Source: Thermoanaerobaculia bacterium (GTDB lineage Bacteria; Acidobacteriota; Thermoanaerobaculia; Multivoradales; JAHEKO01). From it: DNA of 64,000 bases. Position 1 is the first letter of the stretch. Each line of letters opens with the position of its first letter. Location: contig CAWAET010000014.1 of assembly GCA_963781065.1 (NCBI GenBank), positions 41,321 through 105,320 of the forward strand, read 5' to 3'. This document shows, in pieces, positions 34,462 through 42,932 of this stretch. Below the pieces are notes generated by a model, which saw nothing but the letters and a program-made list of their open reading frames with translations, was not told the DNA's origin and searched no databases. The translations under genes were made by a program, and so were the position numbers.

Positions 34462-34526
34462 CCGATGCTACTGTCCGGCTCGTCCGAGCCGCAGAAAAAA
34501 CCAAGGAAGAGCCAAGGAGAAGATAG

Positions 34527-35096
34527 ATGCTCCCAGCAAAGATGGTCAGCGCCAGTCTCGCCTTCGTCGAAGGCAAGCACACCCAACCGCCCAACGTCGT
34601 CCTGGTGCCGTCGGGCGTCAGGACCTTCCCGGTCACCGTCGAGTGGTCGATGCAGTCGGAGGAGAGCTACATCATCGGCTCTCACGAGCCCACGGACGCA
34701 CATCGCTGGTGCGTCCTCGACGCCGATCTCAAGCAGGTGATGCGGGGCGCCGTCACGGGGCGGCATGGCACCAAGAAGGCCGAGCCCCTGACCAGCCGCA
34801 CGCTGCACGGTGGCGGTGCGCACAACCCACGCACGGATACGTTCGAGTTCGCCGGCGGCAAGCTCAAGAACGGCGGCACCTACATCCTGATCGCCAGCCG
34901 CCACGGAGTCCTCGCGGCGGGCGAGTTCGTAGCGGTGAAACAGCCCGGGGCGAAAGCGGCGGCCAAGAAGAAGGCGGTTCGCAAGGCCAAGGCCGCGCCC
35001 AAGGCCAAGGCGGCGCCCAAGGCCAAGGCGGCGCCCAAGGCCAAGGCCGCGCCCAAGGCCAAGCGGCGGGCAGCCCCGAAGAAGTCGGCGGCCTAG
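34527..35096 (+). CDS. Hypothetical protein with histone-H1-like Lys/Ala/Pro tail
   Basis: AAGGAG RBS; C-terminal KAKAAP x4. Confidence 0.7.
   Translation: MLPAKMVSASLAFVEGKHTQPPNVVLVPSGVRTFPVTVEWSMQSEESYIIGSHEPTDAHRWCVLDADLKQVMRGAVTGRHGTKKAEPLTSRTLHGGGAHNPRTDTFEFAGGKLKNGGTYILIASRHGVLAAGEFVAVKQPGAKAAAKKKAVRKAKAAPKAKAAPKAKAAPKAKAAPKAKRRAAPKKSAA
34983..35063 (+). repeat. 18-bp coding tandem repeat (4.5 copies)
   Basis: AAGGCCAAGGCSGCGCCC. Confidence 0.9.
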
Positions 35097-35117
35097 GCCC
35101 TCCGAAGTCCGCGATTC

Positions 35118-35155
35118 GGCAGCCCGCGCGCCCCGGGGCCGCGGGCTGTCTTTTT
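35118..35155 (+). terminator. Rho-independent terminator
   Basis: GGCAGCCCGCG...CGCGGGCTGTC followed by TTTTT. Confidence 0.75.
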
Positions 35156-35179
35156 GTCCATCGCCGCCGGGAGGAGGCC

Positions 35180-35662
35180 ATGCCGGAGCAGATCAGCTTG
35201 CGACCCATCGAGGAGGGGGACCGCCCCTTCCTCTTTCGCCTCTACGCCTCGACCCGGGCGGAGGAGTTGGCGGTCGTCGACTGGACCGACGAGGAGAAGG
35301 AGCACTTCCTCGACTTCCAGTTTGGCGCCCAGCACGACTACTACCAGGAGCAGTTTGCGAGCGCCCGCTTCGATCTCGTGCTGGTGGACGGCGAGCCTGC
35401 CGGCCGGCTGTACGTCGATCGCCGCGACGACGAGATCCGGCTGATCGACATCGCCCTGCTGCCCGAGCTGCGCCGCCGCGGCATCGGCGGCCGGCTGATG
35501 GACCAGGTCCTGGCCGAGGGACGAGAGGCGGGACTGCCGGTCCAGATCCACGTCGAGCACAACAACCCGGCGATGCGGCTCTACGACCGCCTCGGCTTCG
35601 AGCGGGTGGAGGAGCAGGGGGTCTACTGGCTGATGCGCTGGCAGCCGGAGGCTGAGGTCTAG
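35180..35662 (+). CDS. GNAT family N-acetyltransferase
   Basis: GGAGGAGG RBS; LYASTR.EEL..W...FL..QF.AQH.YY, GRLYV, IDIALLP..R.RGIG, NPA.RLY.RLGF. Confidence 0.92.
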   Translation: MPEQISLRPIEEGDRPFLFRLYASTRAEELAVVDWTDEEKEHFLDFQFGAQHDYYQEQFASARFDLVLVDGEPAGRLYVDRRDDEIRLIDIALLPELRRRGIGGRLMDQVLAEGREAGLPVQIHVEHNNPAMRLYDRLGFERVEEQGVYWLMRWQPEAEV

Positions 35663-35970
35663 GTGAAGACGGCCTCGAACAGGCTGCCCTCGGCGTTGCT
35701 GTCGAGCTGCACCAGGAAGACCGCCAACTCGCCGGTCTCGGGGTGGCGCAGGGTGCGAATCGACTGCTCCAGCAGCATCTCGGCGGGGCCGCGGAAGACC
35801 AGCGAGAACGGCAGCCGCTTGCCCAGCTCGGCGGCCTGTTTGGCCGACAGCTCGCCGACCGGGCCCGCCTCCCGAAGCTCGAGCTGCACCGGCTCGGCCT
35901 GCTCGAGAAGCAGGTCGAAGCTCTGGCCGACCAGCGGCTCGAATCGCGACAGCTCCAACGCGTCCAGCAT
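35659..35970 (-). CDS. DUF6916-like protein
   Basis: F...VGQ.F...L.L...PFSLVFRGP...L.Q....L.HP..G.L.VFLV......FEAVF; this family is typically found beside collar-protein trios. Confidence 0.75.
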   Translation of the reverse strand: MLDALELSRFEPLVGQSFDLLLEQAEPVQLELREAGPVGELSAKQAAELGKRLPFSLVFRGPAEMLLEQSIRTLRHPETGELAVFLVQLDSNAEGSLFEAVFT

Positions 35971-36116
35971 CGCCGAACAATAGCATCTGGTGGTCGGCGG
36001 GGCGCCGGGCGGCCGACCCCGCGGACCGGGCTCGGCTGCCGCTGGCTTGGCAATTGCAGCCGGAAGTTGCGACAATGATCGAGCGGCGCTGGCTGCCGCC
36101 GTCGATCCCCTCTCTG

Positions 36117-37835
36117 ATGACCGCAAGACTGACCTTGGCAGCTGTGCTCCTGGCCGCGGCCCCGTCCCTCGCCGAGGACGCGGCCGACCTGGTTCTGCGC
36201 AACGGCCGCTTCTACCCGGTATCCGTTCCCTGGTCGATCGAGGGCAGCCTGGCGGTGCGCGGCGGCCGGATCGCCTACCTCGGGCCCGACGCCGGCGCCG
36301 CCGGGATGATCGGCGCCGACACCGAGGTCGTGGAGTTGGCCGGCCGGGCGGTGACGCCCGGCCTGATCGACGCCCACTCGCACCTCGTGAGCCTGGGCCG
36401 GGCGCTGTCGGAGGTCGATCTGGTGGGCACCGCCTCCTACGCCGAGGTGATCGAGCGGGTGCGGGCGCGGGCGCGGCAGCTGCCGCCGGGAAGCTGGGTC
36501 CGGGGCCGTGGCTGGGACCAGAACGACTGGCCGGTCCAGGAGTTTCCGACCCACCAGCCGCTGAGCGCCGCGGTGCCCGATCACCCGGTCTGGATGCGTC
36601 GCGTCGACGGCCACGCGGCGCTGCTCAACGAGCGGGCGATGCGCTTGCTGGGCCTCGAGGAATCGATCGCGGACCCGCCGGGCGGACGGTTTCTGCGCGG
36701 CGCCGATGGCGAGCTCACCGGCGTCCTGATCGACGCCGCGATGACCGTCGCTCACGCCCGGGGGCTGGCCGGAGGCGCCGCTCCGGCGACCGGCGGCTCG
36801 GCCGCTGCGGCGGTCATCGACCAGGCGACACCGGAAGAGGTCGCAAGCTGGATCCTGACCGGCGCGGAGCACTGTCTGGAGCGCGGCCTGACGACGGTCA
36901 CCGACATGGGGATCGACCAGACCGAGTACCAGGCCTACGCCCGGCTGCGCGGCGCCGGTGGGCTGCCGCTGCGGGCGGCGCTGTTCCTCTCCGACGAGCC
37001 GGCGCTGCTCGAAGACTGGTTCGCGCGCGGGCCCGAGATCGACCCCGAGGCGCGGCTCACGGTGCGCGGGGTCAAGCTCTACTCGGATGGCGCCCTCGGC
37101 AGCCGCGGCGCGGCGCTGATCGAGGAGTACAGCGACGATCCGGGCAACCTGGGCCTGCTGCGCACCGGCTCCGGCCACGTCCAAGACGTCTGCCGCCGGG
37201 CGCTCGAGACCGGCTTCCAGGTCGGCATCCACGCTATCGGCGACCGCGGCAACCTGGTCAGCCTCGACGGCATCGAGCGCTGCTTTGGCGAGCCCCGGCC
37301 CGAGGCGCGGTTCCGCATCGAGCACGCCCAGGTGATGCGGCTGGGCGACATCGAGCGCATGGCCCGGCTGGGGGTGATCGCCTCGATGCAGCCGACCCAC
37401 GCCACCTCCGACATGCCCTGGGCCGAGGACCGCGTGGGTCCGGTCCGGATCCGCGGCGCCTACGCCTGGCGCCGGGTGCTCGAGGCCGGCGGCTCGCTGG
37501 CGCTGGGCAGCGACTTCCCGGTCGAGCGCGTCGATCCGCTGTTGGGACTGTACGCGGCGGTGACCCGGCAGGACCTGGAGGGCGACCCGGCGGGCGGCTG
37601 GCAGCCGGATCAGCGGCTCGACCGCGCCGAGGCGCTGCGCGGCTTCACCCTCGACGCCGCCCGCTCGCTCTTCCTGGAGGAAGAGGTCGGCTCGCTCGAG
37701 GTCGGCAAGCGGGCCGACTTGACGGTCTTCGCCCGCGACCCGATGACGGTGCCGGCAGCCGAGATCCCGGCGGTCGAGATCGATCTGACCCTGGTCGACG
37801 GCGAGGTGGTCTATCGCCGCGAGGAGACGCCATGA
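36117..37835 (+). CDS. Secreted YtcJ-like amidohydrolase
   Basis: PGLIDAHSH, GRGWDQNDW, RVDGHA, DGALGSRGA, HAIGDRGN, RIEHAQ, SMQPTHATSD, GSDFPVE; start could be 36075. Confidence 0.9.
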   Translation: MTARLTLAAVLLAAAPSLAEDAADLVLRNGRFYPVSVPWSIEGSLAVRGGRIAYLGPDAGAAGMIGADTEVVELAGRAVTPGLIDAHSHLVSLGRALSEVDLVGTASYAEVIERVRARARQLPPGSWVRGRGWDQNDWPVQEFPTHQPLSAAVPDHPVWMRRVDGHAALLNERAMRLLGLEESIADPPGGRFLRGADGELTGVLIDAAMTVAHARGLAGGAAPATGGSAAAAVIDQATPEEVASWILTGAEHCLERGLTTVTDMGIDQTEYQAYARLRGAGGLPLRAALFLSDEPALLEDWFARGPEIDPEARLTVRGVKLYSDGALGSRGAALIEEYSDDPGNLGLLRTGSGHVQDVCRRALETGFQVGIHAIGDRGNLVSLDGIERCFGEPRPEARFRIEHAQVMRLGDIERMARLGVIASMQPTHATSDMPWAEDRVGPVRIRGAYAWRRVLEAGGSLALGSDFPVERVDPLLGLYAAVTRQDLEGDPAGGWQPDQRLDRAEALRGFTLDAARSLFLEEEVGSLEVGKRADLTVFARDPMTVPAAEIPAVEIDLTLVDGEVVYRREETP

Positions 37836-38575
37836 GAGCCCCGGGGACTGCCCGCGTTCCGCCAGTTCTGTTGGCCGCTCTGTTAGCCTGTCCGGTGATG
37901 GCCGGTGCGCTCGATCCCAAGGCGCCGCCCCCGGACCCGTTTGCCGACCTGCGCCACGACATGGTCGAGCAGCAGATCCGGCGCCGGCAGGTGCAGGCGC
38001 CGAACGTGCTGCGGGCGATGGAGGAGGTGCCGCGCCACCGCTTCGTGCCCGACCACCAGCAGGGCTCGGCCTATGTCGACGCGCCGCTGCCGATCGGCGA
38101 CGGCCAGACCATCTCGCAGCCCTATGTGGTCGCCCTGATGACCGAGCTGCTGGAGCTCGACGCCGACTCCACGGTGCTCGAGATCGGCACCGGCTCGGGC
38201 TACCAGGCGGCGGTGCTGTCGCGCATCGCCAAGCAGGTCTACTCGATCGAGATCCTCGAGGGCCTCGGCGAGCAGGCGCGCGACCTGCTCGGGGAGCTCG
38301 GCTACCGCAACGTCGAGGTGCGGATCGGCGACGGCTACCAGGGCTGGCCCGAGGCGGCGCCCTTCGACGGCATCATCGTCACCGCGGCGCCCGAGCGCAT
38401 CCCGCAGCCGCTCGTCGACCAGCTCCGGCTGGGCGGCAAGATGGTGATCCCGGTGGGCCGCTTCCTGCAGGAGCTGCTGGTCATCACCCGCACCGCGGAC
38501 GGCATCCAGACCCGCGAGGTGGCAGGCGTCCGCTTCGTGCCGATGATCGGCGAGGTCGAGAAGCCGCCGTCGTAG
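37832..38575 (+). CDS. pcm: Protein-L-isoaspartate O-methyltransferase
   Basis: VPRHRFVP, LPIGDGQTISQPY, VLEIGTGSGYQAA, GDGYQGWPEAAPFD, VRFVPM. Confidence 0.95.
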   Translation: MRAPGTARVPPVLLAALLACPVMAGALDPKAPPPDPFADLRHDMVEQQIRRRQVQAPNVLRAMEEVPRHRFVPDHQQGSAYVDAPLPIGDGQTISQPYVVALMTELLELDADSTVLEIGTGSGYQAAVLSRIAKQVYSIEILEGLGEQARDLLGELGYRNVEVRIGDGYQGWPEAAPFDGIIVTAAPERIPQPLVDQLRLGGKMVIPVGRFLQELLVITRTADGIQTREVAGVRFVPMIGEVEKPPS

Positions 38576-38631
38576 GCTGCCGGGCCCGAGCCGCGGACCG
38601 GCGGCGAGCGGTTCGGGGCGCCCGCTCGCCC

Positions 38632-39951
38632 TCAGCGGTCGAGGCGCCGCACCTCGTCGTCGATCGGCGTCGGCATCTCGAGCTGGCGACGGGTCTGATC
38701 GGCCACCTTGAGCTCGTCGAGGCGCCGTCCCATCGGCAGCAGCCGGCGCTCGAACGAGCCCACGGCCCGGTTGTAGGCGTCGAGCGCCTGGCCCAGTCCG
38801 CGGCCCATGTTGGTCAGCTCCTCGGCAAACTTGGCCGCCCGTTCGTAGAGCTCCCGCGCCACGCCGGCGATCTGCTCGGCGTTCTCGGCCAGCGACTGCT
38901 GCTGCCAGTAGACGGCGAAGGTGCGCAGCAGCGCCACCAGGGTGGTCGGGGTGGCGATCAGCACCTTGGAGCGCATGGCGTCGACCTGCAGATCGGGGTC
39001 GCGCTCGAAGGCGGCCGAGAGAAACGGGTCGCCGGGCAGGAAGAGAACCACCAGGTCGACGTCGCCGGCCAGCGAGTCGGCGTAATCGCGGGCCGCGAGC
39101 GAGCGCACGCGCTGGCGCAGCGCCCGGACGTGCCGGTCGAGCGCCGCGTTGCGCTCCGCCTCGGTGGTCGCCTCGCTGGCTTCGAGAAAGGCGGCCAGCG
39201 GCGCCTTGGCGTCGACCGCCACGAAGCGGCCGCCGGGCAGCTTCACCGTCATGTCCGGCCGGCCGCCGTCCTCGACCGTGGTCTGCTCGACGAAATCGCA
39301 ATGCCGGGTCATGCCGGCCATCTCGGCGATGTTGCGCAGCGCGATCTCGCCCCACTTGCCGCCCCCCTGCGGGCCGCGCAGGGCGGCGGCCAGGGTGGTC
39401 GTCTGCTGCTGCAGGCCGGCGGTCGCGCCGGCCAGGGTCTTGACCTGGCTGTCGATCCGCGAGTAGGCCTCGACCCGCGCCCGCTCGACCTCGCCGGTGC
39501 GCTGCTCGAGCCGCGTCAGCGTCTCCTTGAGCGGCTCCAGCAGATTGCGGATCTCGACCTTGCGCTCGTCGAGGTCGGCCCGGGCGCCGGCGCGGGCGCC
39601 GGCCAACTTCTGCTCTGCCAGGGCCAGGAACTGCTGACTCGAGCCCTGGAGCGCCGCCGCCGCCAGGGACTTGAAGGTCGTCTCGAGCTCGCGCCGGGTC
39701 CGCTCGACAAAGCGCTGCTGCTCGTCGATCAGCCGCCGCGCCTCCTCGGCACGGGCGCCGGCGACCGCCTGCTGGCGATCGAGCTCGCGAACCGTCCGCT
39801 GCGCCTCGTCGAGCTCGCGCTCCGCCTCCTCGCGCCGCGCCCGCTCCCCGGCCAGCGTCGCCCGCGCTGCGGACAGGCGGGCCGCGGCCAGCAGCCCGGC
39901 GATCAGCAGCCCGGCCACCGCGGCCAGCACCGGAATCAGGAGCTCGCTCAT
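38632..39951 (-). CDS. rmuC: DNA recombination protein RmuC
   Basis: N-terminal TM and coiled coil; GKWGE..L, RPD..V.LPG...VDAKAPL, IATPTTL.ALL, YN.AVGS. Confidence 0.92.
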   Translation of the reverse strand: MSELLIPVLAAVAGLLIAGLLAAARLSAARATLAGERARREEAERELDEAQRTVRELDRQQAVAGARAEEARRLIDEQQRFVERTRRELETTFKSLAAAALQGSSQQFLALAEQKLAGARAGARADLDERKVEIRNLLEPLKETLTRLEQRTGEVERARVEAYSRIDSQVKTLAGATAGLQQQTTTLAAALRGPQGGGKWGEIALRNIAEMAGMTRHCDFVEQTTVEDGGRPDMTVKLPGGRFVAVDAKAPLAAFLEASEATTEAERNAALDRHVRALRQRVRSLAARDYADSLAGDVDLVVLFLPGDPFLSAAFERDPDLQVDAMRSKVLIATPTTLVALLRTFAVYWQQQSLAENAEQIAGVARELYERAAKFAEELTNMGRGLGQALDAYNRAVGSFERRLLPMGRRLDELKVADQTRRQLEMPTPIDDEVRRLDR

Positions 39952-40030
39952 GCCGCCGCCGAGGGTTTCGCCGTAGGCCAATTCACAGGCGACAGGATAC
40001 CGGAGAGGCGAGGCAGGCGGGGCGCCCGAA

Positions 40031-40180
40031 GCGGCGCGAGAGGGCCGGCCGGCTCGGAGCCGAGGGGCCTGGCCCTGGGGTGGGAAGCTGCTCCTGCGCG
40101 CGCTGCTTTCGCTGCGTGCTCGGACACTTCCCACTGACGGGCCGGCCCCTCCGCTCCCGGCCGGCCTCCGCTGGCGCTGC
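40031..40180. repeat. About 150-bp imperfect palindrome (MITE-like or structured RNA)
   Basis: Nested pairs AGGGCCGGCCGG/CCGGCCGGCCT, GAGGGGCC/GGCCCCTC, GTGGGAAG/CTTCCCAC. Confidence 0.55.
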
Positions 40181-40276
40181 GCGCGATCGTCTGTGAAGCC
40201 CCACGATGGAGCGTCACCTCAGCGGCTTGTAGCGGCTTCTTGGCACTCCCACTACCCGCCCTCGGCTATGGTCACA

Positions 40277-40541
40277 GGGGATTCGCTCCAAGCCGTTGAG
40301 CCGCAGGCTCAGCGGCGCGACCGAATCCCTTCTGCGCCATCATTTCCCGCCGTTGGCGGCAGCAAGCGGGGATTCGCTCCAAGCCGTTGAGCCGTAGGCT
40401 CAGCGGCGCGACCGAATCCCTTCTGCGCCATCATTTCCCGCCGTCGGCGGCAGCAAGCGGGGATTCGCTCCAAGCCGTTGAGCCGTAGGCTCAGCGGCGC
40501 GACCGAATCCCTTCTGCGCCATCATTTCCCGCCGTTGGCGG
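40277..40541. repeat. Three tandem 91-bp hairpin-rich repeats abutting the tRNA 3' end
   Basis: Units start at 40277, 40368, 40459 (GGGGATTCGCTCCAAGCCGTTGAGCC...); only one or two substitutions between units. Confidence 0.95.
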
Positions 40542-40545
40542 GAAA

Positions 40546-40621
40546 TGGTGGAGCAGAAGGGATTCGAACCCTCGACCCCCACGTTGCGAACGTGGTGCTC
40601 TCCCAACTGAGCTACTGCCCC
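40546..40621 (-). tRNA. tRNA-Ala (CGC)
   Basis: GGGGCAGTAGCTCAGTTGGGAGAGCACCACGTTCGCAACGTGGGGGTCGAGGGTTCGAATCCCTTCTGCTCCACCA; G3:U70 pair; encoded CCA. Confidence 0.97.
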
Positions 40622-40656
40622 ACGGGCCCGCCGAAGCGACGTTTACTCTATCAGCG

Positions 40657-42055
40657 TCACCACGGAACCGTCTCGCGATTCCACGGCAGGTGCGGCCGCG
40701 GCCAGCCGTCTTCCTCCGCCAGGGTGGCCGCCAGCGCCTTGCGGGCCGGGTCTTCGCCGTGGTTGAGGAAGACCCGGCGCGGCGAGCCGGCCAGGGCGCG
40801 ACACCAGCGCACCAGCTCGGCCTGGTCGGCGTGCGCCGAGAGGCCGTGCAGGCTCGAGATCTCGGCCCGCACCGGAATCCGGTCGCCGTGGATCGCCACC
40901 GTCCGGGCGCCTTCGATCAGCGCCCGGCCGCGGGTGCCGCCCGCCTGGTAGCCGACGAAGATCACCGCGTTGCGCTCGTCGCCCAGCCGCCGCTTGAGGT
41001 GGTGGACGACGCGGCCGCCGGTGGCCATGCCGCTCGAGGCGACGATCACCGCCGGCTCGCGGCGGCTGTTGAGCCGCTTCGACTCGTCGACCTTGCGGCA
41101 GCGGTTGAAGCGGTCCGGCGCCAGCGGGTCGAGGTGCTGCTGGACGAGCTCGCGCAGGTCTTCGTCGTGCTCCGACTCGGCCTGTTCGTAGATGTCGGTC
41201 GCCTTGATCGCCATCGGCGAGTCGAGAAAGACCGCGTCGGGATCCAGCAGGCCGTCGTCGACCAGGGCGGAGAGGTGGTAGAGCACCTCCTGGGTGCGGC
41301 CGAGAGCGAAGGCGGGGATGATCACCATGCCGCGGCGCTTGAAGACCCGCGCGATGATCTCGCGGAAGGCCGCCTCGGGGTCGGTCTCCCGGTGGTCGCG
41401 GTCGCCGTAGGTCGATTCGAGCACCAGCGCGGCGGGCCGCTCCAGCGGCGGCTCCGGGTCCTTTATGATCGGCACGTCGTAGCGGCCGACGTCTCCGGAG
41501 AAGCACCAGGTGCGTCGTTCACCGTCGCTGCCCTTGGCGCTGATCTCGATCGAGGCAGCGCCCAGCAGATGGCCGGCGCGGCGCAACCGCACCCGGATGC
41601 CGGGCAGGATCTCGTGCTCCTGGTCGAAGTCCAGCCGGTCGCAGCAGCCGGATCGCCGCGCGGCTGTCCTTGGCGGTGTACAGCGGCTGGGGATCGGCGT
41701 GGCGGCTGTAGCCCTTCTTGCGGGCGTAGCGCGCCTGCTCCTCCTGGATCTTGCCGGCGTCCTGGAGGATCAGCGAGACCAGCCCGCGGCTCGCGCGCGA
41801 GCAGTAGATCGGCCCCTCGAAGCCCTCGGCGACGAGCCGGGGCAGAAGACCGGTGTGGTCGAGATGGGCGTGGGTCAGCAGTACCGCCGACAGCTCGTGC
41901 GGCCTGAAGACGAAATCGCGCCAGTTGAGCTGTTCCAGCTCGTCGTCGCCCTGGTAGAGCCCGCAGTCGACCAGCAGCCGCGTTTCGCCCCAGCGCAGCA
42001 GGGTGGAGCTGCCGGTGACCGATCCGCACGCGCCGCAAAAAGTGACTTCGCCCAT
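40657..42055 (-). CDS. MBL-fold beta-CASP ribonuclease-like protein; apparent frameshift near 41635
   Basis: GACGSVTGS, LVDCGLYQG, THAHLDHTG, AGHLLG, FSGDVG, ESTYGDR, PAFALGRTQE, SAHADQ, HGE. Confidence 0.9.
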
Positions 42056-42155
42056 CTCTCGACCTCGCTTTCCGCTCAGCCGATCCTACCAAGCGGCGCG
42101 GGGCCTCGCGGGCCGCGGGCGAGTCATGTAGATTAGGGCCGCAAGGAGACGAGTC

Positions 42156-42605
42156 ATGGCCAAGAACGTAGAGCACATCGACGAAGCCAAGGAGAAGGCT
42201 CGGCAGGCCGCCGAGGCCGCCGGCAAGGCGGTGCAGGAACGGCTGCAGACCGCGCGCGAGAAGTTCTCCGAGGTGGCGGACAACCTGGGCAAGGGCGCCG
42301 GCAGCGCGACGGAGAAGGTCAAGTCCAAGGCCGGCGAGGCGAGTGGCAAGGTCAAGGACAAGGCCGGGCAGGTTTCGGCGGTCGCGCGCGAGAAGTACGG
42401 CGTCGCGGCGGAGCGGGCCCGGCAGGGCTACGACGTGGCCACCGAGCGCGCCAAGCAGGGCTACGAGCGAGCCCGCAAGGACCTCGACGACCTGACCGGC
42501 AACGTCAACGAGTACGTGCGCGACAACCCCGGCAAGTCGGTGTTGATCGCCGCCGCCGTGGGGTTCCTGATCGGCCTCGTGCTCCGTGGCCGCAGCCGCG
42601 ACTGA
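42156..42605 (+). CDS. ElaB/YqjD (DUF883)-like protein
   Basis: AAGGAG RBS; A/K/E-rich helix; YVRDNPGKSVLIAAAVGFLIG C-terminal anchor. Confidence 0.85.
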   Translation: MAKNVEHIDEAKEKARQAAEAAGKAVQERLQTAREKFSEVADNLGKGAGSATEKVKSKAGEASGKVKDKAGQVSAVAREKYGVAAERARQGYDVATERAKQGYERARKDLDDLTGNVNEYVRDNPGKSVLIAAAVGFLIGLVLRGRSRD

Positions 42606-42628
42606 GCGGCGCCGAACCGGTCTGCCGG

Positions 42629-42868
42629 GTGATGAGCGCCGAGCGAGACAATCTGGCCGACGAGCTGGTCGACCAGCTGGTGGCGACCGATGTCGACTGG
42701 CGGGACCTGGTCTGCGCCTACCCAAAGTCGTCGCTGTTGCTGGCCGCGATCGGCGGCTTTTCCCTCGGCCGGGCCCGGGGCACGGCGATCGTCGCCGCGC
42801 TGGCGAACCACGCCGCCGATACCCTGGCCGGCAACATCAACGAGTATCTCGGCGACGAGGTTCTCTAG
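42629..42868 (+). CDS. Small hypothetical protein
   Basis: Fills gap in operon; DW..LV..YP...LLLAAIGGF.LG resembles the same anchor motif. Confidence 0.6.
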   Translation: MMSAERDNLADELVDQLVATDVDWRDLVCAYPKSSLLLAAIGGFSLGRARGTAIVAALANHAADTLAGNINEYLGDEVL

Positions 42869-42932
42869 CCAAGCTGGCAGCCCGTGGGCCGGGCAGCCGC
42901 GGAGGGCTGGCCCGCGCGCCGTCGCTGAAGGC

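Noticed and set aside
23012-35970. Prophage, tailocin or contractile injection system
   Set aside because: No capsid, terminase, tube, sheath, baseplate, lysis or integrase genes; the large proteins have Sec signal peptides
40277-40541. CRISPR array
   Set aside because: Units are identical along their whole length with no unique spacers; no cas genes
41590-41660. Split MBL gene as two genes
   Set aside because: Motifs are continuous across one apparent indel
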